DNA of 64,000 bases from Terriglobia bacterium (GTDB lineage: Bacteria > Acidobacteriota > Terriglobia > 2-12-FULL-54-10): contig CAXVYR010000004.1 in the NCBI GenBank assembly GCA_963666975.2, forward strand, positions 448,001 to 512,000, in the 5' to 3' direction. The position numbers were made by a program, and so were the translations under genes. Within the stretch, counting starts at the first letter, position 1, and the number at the start of each line of letters is the position of its first letter. Under the pieces are notes generated by a model. That model was not told the DNA's origin and did not search any database. It worked only from the letters and a program-made list of their open reading frames with translations. Below are positions 41,291 through 51,967 of the stretch, piece by piece.

Positions 41291-41614
41291 TTACGTTTGC
41301 GACGGCGTTACGCTCGGCTCCGGCTGCGGTTCCGGTTTGGCCGCGTTGATCATGTCCTTGAGTTCCTTGCTTGGCTTGAAATAGGGGACTGTTTTGGAGG
41401 GAACATCCACACGAGCGCCGGTCTTCGGATTCCGTCCCACGCGGGGCTGGCGTTGCCGCGTGCGGAAGCTTCCGAAGCCGCGGATTTCGATCTTTTCCGA
41501 TGACTTCAAGGCCTTCACTATGCTTTCAAAAATCGTCTCCACAATGACTTCTGAATCCTTGCGGGTCATCTCCACTACGCGCGAGACTCCCTCAATTAAA
41601 TCGGCCTTTGTCAT
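41291..41614 (-). CDS. ihfB: Integration host factor beta / HU family
   Basis: IEIRGFGSF, GRNPKTG, FKPSKELK; downstream of rpsA. Confidence 0.88.
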   Translation of the reverse strand: MTKADLIEGVSRVVEMTRKDSEVIVETIFESIVKALKSSEKIEIRGFGSFRTRQRQPRVGRNPKTGARVDVPSKTVPYFKPSKELKDMINAAKPEPQPEPSVTPSQT

Positions 41615-42046
41615 AGAAATATACCGTCTCCTTCGCTAATTCGCTAACGATGAATCGACTTTGTAACTAAACGTACGGCCTGTCTGCAACGGGCAGTTTC
41701 GGGAGAGCGACGATGCCGTTGGCAATGTGCAATTGCCTCGCCTGCTTCACGCTGCTTTCTTCATCCCTGCTTTTTATCCCTATTTATTTTCTTTTCTTCG
41801 CCTCCCGATTTTCCGCCCCCTATTCCTCAAGGCGGGTAGTATGCCTCTGTCGCCGCACGGATGCAATAGATTATCCATCATTTCCGGCAAAGAATTTTGC
41901 GGTCTGCCGGGAAAAAGCAGTTCTTCCCCTTACCGCCATCTTTCTCCCCCCGGCGAATTCACTTCGCGGCAAGGAAAGTTCCCACGGCGAGGAGCAGCAT
42001 CGCGCCAGATAATGCGCAATCAGCCATGAATGACGTTTTCGAGGCG

Positions 42047-43807
42047 CTAATTCTTTGGGGAATTCCGTTCCTTGACGGCGACCATCTCCTCGATGGTGCT
42101 GGTGGCGCTTCCACCCGAGTGGGACTGTGCCAGCTTTTCCCCTTTCGAACGCTCCGGGCCAGCCGCCAATGCCCGCAGGCTCAGACCGACCTTTTTTTCT
42201 CCGGGATTCAACTTGATGATTTTGAATTCGTATTCCCGGCCAACCTCCAGGGGAATCGAGTGCTTGTCCACCTGATCTTCGGAAACTTCCGAGATGTGGC
42301 ACAGCCCTTCAATGCCTTCGGCCAATTCGATAAAGGCGCCGAAGGTAGCCAGCCGCACCACTTTGCCGCGAACCGTAGCGCCCACCTGGTGGCTGGAGTA
42401 GAACGACTCCCAAGTATCCGGCTGCAACTGTTTGACGCCGAGCGAAAGACGCCGATTTTCAGGGTCAATACTCAGGATAACGGCCTGCACCTGTTCGCCC
42501 TTCTTCAGAACCTCGGAAGGATGCTTGATACGGCGAGTCCAGGAAAGGTCCGAGACATGGACCAAGCCGTCGATGCCTTCTTCTACCTCCACAAAAGCCC
42601 CGAAATCGGTGAGGTTCCGCACGCGTCCTTCAATTTGAGACCCCACCGCGTAGCGCTCCGCCAATGTGATCCAGGGGTTCGGCTCGGTTTGCTTCAGTCC
42701 TAGGGAGATGCGCCGTTCTTGCGAGTTGACGTCCAAGATAACCGTCTCTACGACATCTCCGGGAGAAAGAATTTTGGAAGGATGCTTGATGCGCTTGCTC
42801 CAGCTCATTTCGGAAACGTGAATGAGGCCTTCCACCCCTTGCTCCAGCTCCACGAAAGCCCCGTAGTCGGTCAGGTTCAGCACTTTGCCTTTTACCCGGG
42901 CGCCGACGGGAAATTTTCCGGCCACAGACAGCCAGGGATCTTCGCTGAGTTGCTTCAACCCCAGGGAAACCCGCTCCTTTCCCCGGTCAAACTTCAGCAC
43001 CTTGACCTCGATTTCATCTCCAACCGAGACCATCTCCGAGGGGTGGGTAACACGGCCCCATGTAAGGTCGGTGATATGCAACAGACCGTCGAGCCCGCCC
43101 AGGTCTACAAAGACCCCGTAATCGGTTATGTTCTTCACTGTCCCCTTCAGCACCGCGCCCTCGGACAGCTCAGTCAGGGTCCGCGCCTTGCGGGATGAGT
43201 TTTCCTCTTCCAGCACAGCCTTGCGGGAGACGACGATGTTGCCCCGTTTTTTGTTGAGCTTAATGATCTTACAGGAGATTTCCTGCCCTTTGAGTGCATC
43301 CAAGTTGCGGACTGGTTTGATATCCACCTGCGAACCCGGCAAAAAGGCTCGCACTCCAATATCCACCGCCAAACCACCTTTGATTCTTTCTTCAATCCGC
43401 GCGGGAATGACTCTCTGGCCCTCATAAACCGCCTCGATCTCGTCCCAAAGCTTGAGGCGCTTGGCTCTTTCCCGAGAAAGAACAACGTATCCGTCCCGTT
43501 CCTCGGTGGACTCCAGCATCACCTCGATTTCGTCCCCCGGCTCGACGTGAAGATTTCCCTCCTCATCCTTGAACTCGGCCGTGGAAATCACGCCCTCGCA
43601 TTTGTAGCCGACATCGACAATCACCTCCGTGCCGGCTATCTTTACCACGCGCCCTTTCAGCAGCGATCCAGCGGCAGGCTGGGATAATTGGCCGTAGGAT
43701 TCCAGCAGACGGTCAAATTCCTCCGACTCAGATTGCGTTTGTACCTGCTCCGGATTCAAGCTCTCTTCTTGATCCAGCGGAGGGTTTTCTGGGTTTGACA
43801 TTGACAA
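42047..43807 (-). CDS. rpsA: 30S ribosomal protein S1
   Basis: Six S1 repeats; AFLPGSQVD, DYGVFVDLGG, SLGLKQ. Confidence 0.97.
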   Translation of the reverse strand: MSMSNPENPPLDQEESLNPEQVQTQSESEEFDRLLESYGQLSQPAAGSLLKGRVVKIAGTEVIVDVGYKCEGVISTAEFKDEEGNLHVEPGDEIEVMLESTEERDGYVVLSRERAKRLKLWDEIEAVYEGQRVIPARIEERIKGGLAVDIGVRAFLPGSQVDIKPVRNLDALKGQEISCKIIKLNKKRGNIVVSRKAVLEEENSSRKARTLTELSEGAVLKGTVKNITDYGVFVDLGGLDGLLHITDLTWGRVTHPSEMVSVGDEIEVKVLKFDRGKERVSLGLKQLSEDPWLSVAGKFPVGARVKGKVLNLTDYGAFVELEQGVEGLIHVSEMSWSKRIKHPSKILSPGDVVETVILDVNSQERRISLGLKQTEPNPWITLAERYAVGSQIEGRVRNLTDFGAFVEVEEGIDGLVHVSDLSWTRRIKHPSEVLKKGEQVQAVILSIDPENRRLSLGVKQLQPDTWESFYSSHQVGATVRGKVVRLATFGAFIELAEGIEGLCHISEVSEDQVDKHSIPLEVGREYEFKIIKLNPGEKKVGLSLRALAAGPERSKGEKLAQSHSGGSATSTIEEMVAVKERNSPKN

Positions 43808-44321
43808 AGTCCCCTGAGACGAACAGAACCAGCAGAATAGCCGTCGTGTAATTGTGCAAGCGGCTTCCGGATCGCCGAAGATGCCACCCCGCCGCTAACG
43901 GGGCATGCGCTGGTACGAGCCACCCATTAGCCAGCCGATTCGACAGCGGAACGACCTACCCTGTTCTTCTGCTGCTTTCTCCCGTGCGTGCCAGTCAATT
44001 CTACTGGAGCAAACTATACAAAAACCACCCCCGGATGTCAACCAAACCAAAAGAAGGGTAATGGGTCAGTTTCCGTTAGGCACAGCGTCACACGATTTGT
44101 CAGGGCAGGGGCATCCGTAGCAAAACTGGCTCTGTCCTAGATGATCCATGATCCAACACTGAACGGGAGAAGATGGTTGCCGAATGGAAACCAATCAGGC
44201 TAACGGGCCAAACCGCAGAGAGGCACCCTGCCGGCTGGAAACAGGGATTGAGTTGGGGCTGGATCCCTAGCAGGACGCCCAGCGCCGGTTTGGGCCAGTT
44301 GCAAAACGGCTCTACGTTTTA

Positions 44322-44987
44322 TTAGGGGGTTGCGGCAGGCGGATTCGCAGGCGTTTCGGCAGTTGTCTCCGCTGTGGCGCTGGTGGCATCCTCGGCAGCG
44401 GCAGCTTCGGCAGCGGCATCCTCGGCAGCGGCAGCCTCGGCAGCGGCAGCTTCGGCAGCGGCTGTAGCCGCATCATATTGCTCAATGATTGCTTGCGTAA
44501 TGTCGATCGTTGCGTTCGCATACAGGATAGGAGTCTGCGGAGAGGAGGCGTCCAGGACGAGACCGAGCTCGTTTTTCTGGGCATGCTCGGAAATGACCCC
44601 CAGCATTTTTCTGCCGATCCCGTTGATTACATCCTGCTGGGCCTGCTGAAATTCGGCGGTGGCATCTTCATTATCGCGGTTCAGCCTGCGGGTCTTGTCG
44701 TCCAAGGTGCGCAGCAGTCTGGTTCGGGCTTCGTCGCTGAGCGTCTTTTCCTGATTTCTTAGCTGGTTTTGCAGGTCGCTGATCTCTCTCTGCTGATTTT
44801 CCAGCTCCACGCGCTTCGGCGCAAACTTATTTTGCAGTTCCCGGATCGCCGCCTGACCGTCTTTGCTCCCGGCGATGGCAGTTTGAATGTCGATGATGGC
44901 CACCTTCTGGGTTGTATTCTGGGCAAAGACGCTCGCAGAAAAGACCACAATTAAACCCGCGAGAATTGCCGGCACTTTGATTCTCAT
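44322..44987 (-). CDS. OmpH/Skp chaperone with Ala/Glu-rich tail
   Basis: Signal peptide, KVAIIDIQ, coiled coil, DITQAII. Confidence 0.88.
   Translation of the reverse strand: MRIKVPAILAGLIVVFSASVFAQNTTQKVAIIDIQTAIAGSKDGQAAIRELQNKFAPKRVELENQQREISDLQNQLRNQEKTLSDEARTRLLRTLDDKTRRLNRDNEDATAEFQQAQQDVINGIGRKMLGVISEHAQKNELGLVLDASSPQTPILYANATIDITQAIIEQYDAATAAAEAAAAEAAAAEDAAAEAAAAEDATSATAETTAETPANPPAATP
44385..44462. repeat. 15-bp tandem repeat (about 5 units) in the skp tail
   Basis: GGCA(G/T)C(C/T)TCGGCAGC-like units encoding AAAAE/DAAAE. Confidence 0.8.
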
Positions 44988-45134
44988 CCGATCTCCCATT
45001 GGCTCATTCACTTTTTTGGAAAGCGCACGATACGCACTGAGTTTACGTTCAAAGCCTCTCATTGTCAAGAGGTTGCGGAGCAGCCAGGGCTTTATCCCAG
45101 GCCACTCGCGCACCTGTTTCAAATGGTGGTCTGA

Positions 45135-45998
45135 TTATTTTAGTTCCAGCTTACTATCCATCGACTTGAGATACAGATCCTGCAAACGGATTTTCATCTG
45201 CTGGACTTCCGCATCGGCAGGGTTCGTAGCTATTGACTTATCGATGAACTCCAGCGCGTGCTGGTAATCCTGCTTACGTCCATAAGCCAGCGCAATGTTG
45301 TAGAAAGCATTGGCATCGTTTGGCAAAATTGCAAGGATCTCCTCATACATGCTGATGGCCCCGTCGAAGTCGTTCTTCCCCTCAGCTTCGTTCGCTTGAG
45401 CCCCAATGGCCATCACCTGGACCTGGGCAACCATCTTCTGAAAATTTTCCGGGTCGATTTCGGCGGCCTTGCTGACGGCTTCTTCCGCCTCGGTCCTCAT
45501 ACCCTGGGCGGCATAGCCGATCGCAACAGCCATATGCGCCTGCGGAATTTGAGGAGCCAATTCAACCGCGATCATCCCTTTTTCGAGAGCCGAATCATAG
45601 TCTCGGTTCTGAACAGCCTGGTTGGAATCTGTCAGAATTTGATTCAAATAATTCAGGCTGTAAAAAGTCTGTTTGCAGGGTTTCTCGATATTCCCGGAAA
45701 GCTCTACCGGATCGGTGGGTTTGGCGAAATAGCCCTGCAACTCGTGCCCATCGATCTGGTAGGTGCCGTCGTTCAGCCCCTTAAATTGCACCTCGCCCTT
45801 TTTGTTTGTTTTCCGTTTCCACTCTTTCCCCGTCTGCGTCAGAGTGACCTGGAGTTCCTGCTTCTCCAGCGGAATGCCGGCCTCATTTACCACCGTGCAG
45901 CGCAGAGTGTTCTTGGCTTGCGCAACGGGAACAAACGCCAGAGCCAGGAAAGACAGTACCACCAGCCCGCCGATTTTGTGATTTGCTAAAGATTTCAA
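45135..45998 (-). CDS. Secreted protein with carboxypeptidase-regulatory-like domain and TPRs
   Basis: Signal peptide, TNKKGEVQFKGLNDGTY, TPR helices (AFYNIALAY). Confidence 0.8.
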   Translation of the reverse strand: MKSLANHKIGGLVVLSFLALAFVPVAQAKNTLRCTVVNEAGIPLEKQELQVTLTQTGKEWKRKTNKKGEVQFKGLNDGTYQIDGHELQGYFAKPTDPVELSGNIEKPCKQTFYSLNYLNQILTDSNQAVQNRDYDSALEKGMIAVELAPQIPQAHMAVAIGYAAQGMRTEAEEAVSKAAEIDPENFQKMVAQVQVMAIGAQANEAEGKNDFDGAISMYEEILAILPNDANAFYNIALAYGRKQDYQHALEFIDKSIATNPADAEVQQMKIRLQDLYLKSMDSKLELK

Positions 45999-46043
45999 CT
46001 TTCCCCCCTCCCTGTTTTGAGTTGCCCCGGAATCCGATTTCCC

Positions 46044-47723
46044 TTACGGAACAGGGCTGGTGTGAAAGCCAGCCTCAGCCCGGACCCGGCCAGGGGCATG
46101 ATTAGAGCCCCGGGCAGCATCCGCCGTCCGAAGCAGTTGTTGAGCTTGTCCTAAAGCTCCAATGGCGCTTTGCACCTGCGGGTCTCCGCGGACGTCCACT
46201 TCATTTCCCCGCGGAATCCCGTATGCCAGATTAAATAATTCCGTCTTGATGCGCACCTTCACAAACGGCAAAGAGCGTTCCCAAGATAAAGGCGGCACGC
46301 GCACGCCAGCGTTGTGAAGGAAATTTTTGAAATCGCCCAGGGCAGCTTCATCCACCTCGAAGTCCTCGCTCACATGGATGATACTATCCCGGTAGGCCTG
46401 CGCAAAGTTCATGAAAGCCGTACTCTCTTCGAGGAATTCTGCCCACGGATCCAACTGCCAGGAGCCGGCCGGCGTGTCCGGGTGTACCCCTCCCTTTGAC
46501 GGTAATGGCCGTCCGTTGTCCGTATAAAACTCCTCCGTCTGTTCTTGTTGTAAGATATCAGCCAACGCCGTCCCCGGCAAGGGCCGTTGGATCGACCGGC
46601 TGCTGGAAGTGAAGTAGCGTGCTGTGGTGAGAACCAGCGCCGTGCCCTCGCTGAGGGGCAAAACGGACTCGACCACTCCCTTTCCAAAGCTCACTTCGCC
46701 TACCACCCAGGCACGGTCATGTTCCTGCAGAGCCGCCGCGATAATTTCCGCCGCGCTGGCCGACCTCCCGTTCATGATGACAACAAGGGGAAGTTCCGGG
46801 CGAAAGGGCGCCGACTCGGTCACATACTTCGTCTCCGGGATCACCCGGCCCCGTAAGCTTACCACAGCCTGGCCCTTTCGCAGAAACAGTCCTGCCGTGG
46901 CCACCGCAGATTCCAGCGAGCCGCCGGGATTGTCGCGCAGGTCCAGGATCAGGCCCCGCAGATTGTTGCTCCCCCACTCCTCCAAAATCGAGCGGAGTTC
47001 GCCGGGGGTGCTTTCCTCCACCCGCGCCACATGCACGTAACCAAGCGACGGCTCCAGCAGAAACTTCTTGTCCACGGTAGGCGAGGGAACTTCGGCGGGG
47101 TCCAGCGAAAAATCCCGCGGAACCAGCTTGCCGCCCTGCACCACGGAAAGCTCCACGCGTTTGGACTTGGCCGCCTGCAACACTTCCACCAGCTCGCGTA
47201 AGTCCATACGGTCCACGCGATGGTCATTGATCTCGACGATCCGGTCCCCAGGACCCAGGCCCGCTCTCCCGAACGGGGAACCCGGCAGCGAGTGCAGAAC
47301 CATAACGCGCCCGGCCTGCACGTTGAGGATAGCGCCAAAACCTTGCTGAACGCCGCGCTGCTGCTGCTGCAACATCTGAAATTGGCTGGCGTCCAAAAAA
47401 ACCGAAAACGGATCGAGACTGGATAGGGCGCCCCGAATGGCTCCTTCATACAGAGCCTGTTCAGGCTGGAGGGAGTCCGCCAGGTGTTTTTCGAGCAGCC
47501 GGTACGCTTGGGTTATCTTTGCCAGACTCCGGCGTATCGCTTCATCCCCATCCTCTCTGGAGGACTGCGAATACGCCCCTGGCGGCGAGATGATCCACAA
47601 AAACACTACTGCCGGCAAAAAGAATCGCTGCACTACGGTGCCTGCGGCCCTCCTAGCCTCTCTGCCCAACCGGTTTCTAGTGTTTCGGAGCAGCACCAGA
47701 TTTCCCCCTGCCGTCGCCGGCAA
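46044..47723 (-). CDS. S41 carboxy-terminal protease (PDZ)
   Basis: LDPFS, LDLRDNPGG, SASAAEI, FGKG, TTARY. Confidence 0.92.
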   Translation of the reverse strand: MPATAGGNLVLLRNTRNRLGREARRAAGTVVQRFFLPAVVFLWIISPPGAYSQSSREDGDEAIRRSLAKITQAYRLLEKHLADSLQPEQALYEGAIRGALSSLDPFSVFLDASQFQMLQQQQRGVQQGFGAILNVQAGRVMVLHSLPGSPFGRAGLGPGDRIVEINDHRVDRMDLRELVEVLQAAKSKRVELSVVQGGKLVPRDFSLDPAEVPSPTVDKKFLLEPSLGYVHVARVEESTPGELRSILEEWGSNNLRGLILDLRDNPGGSLESAVATAGLFLRKGQAVVSLRGRVIPETKYVTESAPFRPELPLVVIMNGRSASAAEIIAAALQEHDRAWVVGEVSFGKGVVESVLPLSEGTALVLTTARYFTSSSRSIQRPLPGTALADILQQEQTEEFYTDNGRPLPSKGGVHPDTPAGSWQLDPWAEFLEESTAFMNFAQAYRDSIIHVSEDFEVDEAALGDFKNFLHNAGVRVPPLSWERSLPFVKVRIKTELFNLAYGIPRGNEVDVRGDPQVQSAIGALGQAQQLLRTADAARGSNHAPGRVRAEAGFHTSPVP

Positions 47724-48226
47724 TTATTCTCACCTGGAAGAAATTTTTAGCTTAACACATTGCCTAAAAACCCGGATGTTGACCTTCTCGTAGAAAGGCG
47801 GCTGCATCCACCCACTGTCAACGCCGTATTAAGGAATCTCCTTGGACCGCTGCATTCAGCCCATTTTCTTGGAACCACATCCCTGCTCAAAGGTTGTAAC
47901 CTGCATTAGGAATTCAGCCGTACCATCCACAAAATATGGTTGCTGCATGCAACAGACCTGCCAGCAAAGCTTGAAGAGCATACCGCAAGGCTAATAACCA
48001 GCTTACTATCATTAAGATATGGAAGTTCAATGCTGTAAATCCCGATAGATTCCCCCCAGCCTCCCACAAATTGACGACCTTTCCGGGGTACCGTGCGTTT
48101 CCCCGGAAGTCAAAGGACTTTTCCTAAAAATCCCCATTTGTTTCACTTTAGGGAATGTGCAGTAACCGTCCAGGTGAGAGGAATTCCCCTTTTCAGTAGA
48201 TTACAGGTCAAGCCGCACCGGAGTTT

Positions 48227-48242
48227 TGGCACTTCAAATGCT
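48227..48242 (+). promoter_or_regulatory. Putative sigma-54 (-24/-12) promoter
   Basis: TGGCAC-TTCAA-ATGCT (GG-N10-GC) about 36 nt before the exosortase ATG. Confidence 0.6.
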
Positions 48243-48278
48243 TCACTCTGATGGGGTCTTAGACCTTAGAAGGCTTAT

Positions 48279-49273
48279 ATGAAACTGGGTTCTTTGGCGA
48301 GGCAGTACTACAAGGCATTGATCATAGGCGCGGGTGTCGCCGTCCTCTACAGCGAAGTGCTCCGGGAATTGGCCTTTGACTGGTGGAACAATCCCGATTA
48401 CAGCCATGGCCTGCTGCTTCCCTTCGTCACCCTATACCTGATCTGGCAGAAAAAAGATTCGGGCCGAACCGCCGTTCAACCTTCAACTATGTATGGGACA
48501 CCCTCTGGAACAATCCCGATTACAGCCATGGCCTGCTGCTTCCCTTCGTCAGATTTGGCCGGGAGCCCTTCCGCTCCCAGTAAGCTCGGACTCATGGTGA
48601 TGCTGGGGTCGCTGGGACTTCTGTTCGCCGGCCATCTGGGCGCGGAATACTTTATCAGCCGAGTTTCCTTGTTGCTATTCTTGGGTGGACTGGTCCTGTT
48701 CTTTTTCGGGTGGAAGCATCTTCGTATAGTCAGCTTTCCCCTGGGACTGCTCTTCCTCGCTATTCCTCTTCCGGCAGTTATCTTCTATCAATTAACGTTC
48801 CCACTCCAACTGATCGCTTCTCAACTGGCCACATTCTTTTTGGAAACTTCCATGGTGCCTGTTCTGCGCGAGGGGAACTTCCTCTTCCGGCAGTTATCTT
48901 CTATCAATTAATCGTAATCGTATTGCCCAATATCACCCTGGAAGTGGTGGAGGCTTGCAGCGGCATCCGCTCGCTGTTCTCCCTAATGACACTCACGATC
49001 TTGTACGGCTACTTTTTGGAGGGCAGAACCTCTTTCCGATTGATCCTGATCGCTATGACCGTCCCGCTGGCATTGTTTTGCAACGGACTGCGCATTATGG
49101 GGACGGGCATCTTGACTCAGTATGTGAATCCGGCGGCGGCGGAGGGATTTTTCCACTCTTTCTCCGGATGGCTTGTCTTCCTGATCGCGTTCGCATCGCT
49201 GCTCGTGATTCACAGAGGCTTGAACATATTCAAAAGACCGGAACGTAAGGAGGATGGCGCCCTTGCAAGCTAA
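48279..49273 (+). pseudogene. Exosortase (EpsH) carrying two internal duplicative insertions, one frameshifting
   Basis: DYSHG, LAIPLP, VEACSG, NGLRI, FFH (Cys-Arg-His triad); split at 48879-48913. Confidence 0.85.
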
Positions 49274-49913
49274 TCGAGACTGGCGGCTTTTGCTTACAAT
49301 CGCTCTGCTGCTTTCTTCCACCCTGGGGCTCCAGGCGTTGTCGCATGGCTCACCCACGGTGTTGCGGCAGAAATTGGACACCTTCCCGCAGCAAGTGGGC
49401 GCGTGGAACAGCGTGGACGTAGCCATCGACCAGGACGTCCAGGAAGTGCTGGGCGCCTCCGACCTGCTCAATCGAGTCTACTTCGACCCGCAGAACAAGA
49501 TCAGCATCGGGTTGTTTGTCGGCTATTTTGGCAGCCAGCAGAGGGGAGGAGCCATTCATTCCCCCAAAAACTGCCTCCCAGGTGCCGGGTGGACGGCCCT
49601 GGAAGGCGGGCTGGCCACCATTGCTGTGCCCGGCTATCCCGAACCAGTAAATGTGAACCGTTACATCATCCAAAAGGGGATGAACAAACAGCTTGTCCTG
49701 TACTGGTATCAGTCCCAGGGGCGCGTCATCGCCAGCGAGTACGCCGCCAAAGTTTATCTGGTTTGGGACGCAGCCACAAAAAACCGCACCGACGGCGCGC
49801 TGGTCCGGTTCATTACGCCCATCGTCGGGGGAGATGAAGCGGCTGCCCTGGAAAGGGCCACGGGATTCGTCCAGGAAACTTTCCCTTACCTCACGGAATA
49901 CATTCCGAGCTGA
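49254..49913 (+). CDS. epsI: EpsI-family exosortase-associated protein
   Basis: IHSPKNCLPGAGW, VLYWYQSQGR, RTDGALVR. Confidence 0.9.
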   Translation: MAPLQANRDWRLLLTIALLLSSTLGLQALSHGSPTVLRQKLDTFPQQVGAWNSVDVAIDQDVQEVLGASDLLNRVYFDPQNKISIGLFVGYFGSQQRGGAIHSPKNCLPGAGWTALEGGLATIAVPGYPEPVNVNRYIIQKGMNKQLVLYWYQSQGRVIASEYAAKVYLVWDAATKNRTDGALVRFITPIVGGDEAAALERATGFVQETFPYLTEYIPS

Positions 49914-50083
49914 GACCACCGCAGCACCTTACAAACCGGCTCGACAGCCGGAAGCCGTCCATCCTTCTTTCCTGTTTGAAAAATTACCCAGCGGTCGCAG
50001 GATTGCGCAAAGCCGTAGCTCTTATCGGCGGATCGGGTTAGAATTTCTCCGCCTGAAAAGTTCAGCGCGGAAAACCATAATCC

Positions 50084-51256
50084 ATGGAACCCAAAATCCC
50101 TGCGGTCAATCTGCCTCTCCAATTCGAATCGATCCGCAAAGAAATCGACGCGAGTATCCGGCATGTGCTCGAAAGACAAAGCTTCATCCTCGGCCCGGAG
50201 GTCCAAGAGCTGGAGCAGGCCGTGGCGCGAGCGCAGGACTGTGCCCACGCCGTGGGATGCGCCTCCGGCTCTGACGCCTTGCTGTTGTCTCTTATGGCCA
50301 TGGGAATCGGACCGGGCGATCCTGTGCTGGTGCCCGCGTTCACCTTTTTCTCGACCGCCAGCTCGGTGGTCCGCGCCGGGGCCACGCCGGTGTTTGTGGA
50401 TATCGATCCCCGCACTTTTAACATCAGCCCGGAGGCCGCCCGGCAAGCGCTCGCTTCTCATAAGACCGGCAAGCCCGTCAAGGTCGTTGTCCCTGTGCAC
50501 CTCTACGGGCAATGCGCCGACATGGATGCCCTGTCGGCACTGGCGGCCCAATCCGGTATTCATATTATTGAGGACGCCGCACAGGCCATCCTGGCGCGTC
50601 ACAGGCGGCGCGCAGCCGGCTCCATGGGCGACTGCGGATGTTTCAGCTTTTTCCCAACCAAAAATCTCGGCGGCTATGGTGACGGCGGAATGGTCACTAC
50701 CAATGACTCCTCGCTCGCTGAACGCCTGCGTCCGCTGCGAGATCATGGATTGGTCAAAAAACACGTCCATGCCTGCCTGGGCATAAACAGCCGCCTGGAC
50801 ACTCTGCAGGCAGCAGTTCTGCTGGTCAAGCTGCGGCATCTGGAAGAGTGGACGAAATTCCGGCAGAAGCGGGCTGCGTATTACAGGAAGGCATTTGCGG
50901 ATGCAGGATTATCTGACGCGGCTGCGACGCATCCATATCCAACACGCGAGGCCCCGGTGGTGCTGCCCTATGTAGCGCCCGACGCCGGTCACGTCTATCA
51001 TCAATTCACGGTGCGTGCTCTGCGACGAGACGAGATGGCGCGCCATCTGGCAGCAAAAGGCATCGAGAGCGCCGTTTATTACCCCATCCCGCTTCATCTG
51101 CAAGAGGCGTTTTCTTATCTAGGCGGACAACCGGGAAGCTGCCCGGAAAGCGAGCGCGCCGCCGGCGAGGTGCTCTCCCTCCCCGTCTATCCGGAGATCA
51201 CCGAGGAGCAGCAGTCTCGGGTGGTGGAAGAGATCAAGAGGTTTTATAGCGCTTAA
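50084..51256 (+). CDS. DegT/DnrJ/EryC1/StrS aminotransferase
   Basis: PVHLYGQ, EDAAQA, SFFPTKNLG, NSRLDTLQAA. Confidence 0.95.
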   Translation: MEPKIPAVNLPLQFESIRKEIDASIRHVLERQSFILGPEVQELEQAVARAQDCAHAVGCASGSDALLLSLMAMGIGPGDPVLVPAFTFFSTASSVVRAGATPVFVDIDPRTFNISPEAARQALASHKTGKPVKVVVPVHLYGQCADMDALSALAAQSGIHIIEDAAQAILARHRRRAAGSMGDCGCFSFFPTKNLGGYGDGGMVTTNDSSLAERLRPLRDHGLVKKHVHACLGINSRLDTLQAAVLLVKLRHLEEWTKFRQKRAAYYRKAFADAGLSDAAATHPYPTREAPVVLPYVAPDAGHVYHQFTVRALRRDEMARHLAAKGIESAVYYPIPLHLQEAFSYLGGQPGSCPESERAAGEVLSLPVYPEITEEQQSRVVEEIKRFYSA

Positions 51257-51305
51257 GAAACTGCGTGAAAACTACGGCGAAGGCAAAGCAATCCGAGCCG
51301 CGCGC

Positions 51306-51376
51306 GCCTGCCCCGCCTGCCCTGCCTGCCCTGAGCGAAGTCGAAGGGAGCGCAGCCGAAGGGGCTCGGAATGACA
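51306..51376. repeat. REP-like palindromic repeat remnant
   Basis: CCCTGAGCGAAGTCGAAGGG plus GCTCGGAATGACA, the reverse complement of the palindrome start at 30969. Confidence 0.6.
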
Positions 51377-51485
51377 GCGCAGCATGGGATACACCAATGA
51401 TGCAAATGCTCTTAGGGAATCATTTGGGGAAGATCAAAGGTAGCTAAAGATAAGGTGCATCTTCCCCGAAAAGCATCTGCCGGTC

Positions 51486-51773
51486 TCAATCCACCCAAAT
51501 CGAGCACTCGCGCAACAGGTCGTACCCTTTCTGCTCGTCCGGCGTCATGCCCCTGGGAAGTTCGCCCGATTGCAGGAATATCCAAAGCCGCTGCAGTTGG
51601 TTCAGGCATGCTGTCTGCCTAATTTTCCTCGCCGGGTCATCCGTGGAGATACTGGAAACGTTTTCTATCTCTTCTTCCACTCGTTCCGCCATGGTCCACG
51701 GGTTATCGGTGAGGCAGCACGCAAAGCTGGGGAAATCAAATTCATTCTGTGTTTCTCTCGACACGGCAACCAC
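51486..51773 (-). CDS. Hypothetical protein, paralog of 3827-4195
   Basis: FDFPSF..RVEEEI..QRLWIFLQSGELPRGMTPDEQKGY. Confidence 0.65.
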   Translation of the reverse strand: MVAVSRETQNEFDFPSFACCLTDNPWTMAERVEEEIENVSSISTDDPARKIRQTACLNQLQRLWIFLQSGELPRGMTPDEQKGYDLLRECSIWVD

Positions 51774-51967
51774 CCGCCCAACATTGTTGCTGTTCTGAAG
51801 ATCGACCTAGTTTGGCATCACCAATGCTATCGCTGATGGTTTTCGGAATTTTGCTTGGAATGCCAAGCGAGGGAGCGTGAGGGAGCCGACGCTGGAACAT
51901 GCTTTGCTCAGCAAACACGGAGAGAACAGAATCAGCGGGGCGAGTTTGCAGCGCTCCGCCGTGCGCG

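Noticed and set aside
48384-48551. Duplicated segments as DGR template/variable repeats
   Set aside because: The copies are exact with no adenine-specific mismatches, and no reverse transcriptase is present.
51813-51828. TGGCAT-N5-ATGCT sigma-54-like motif
   Set aside because: It points into the 3' end of an opposite-strand gene with no plausible target, so it is likely chance.
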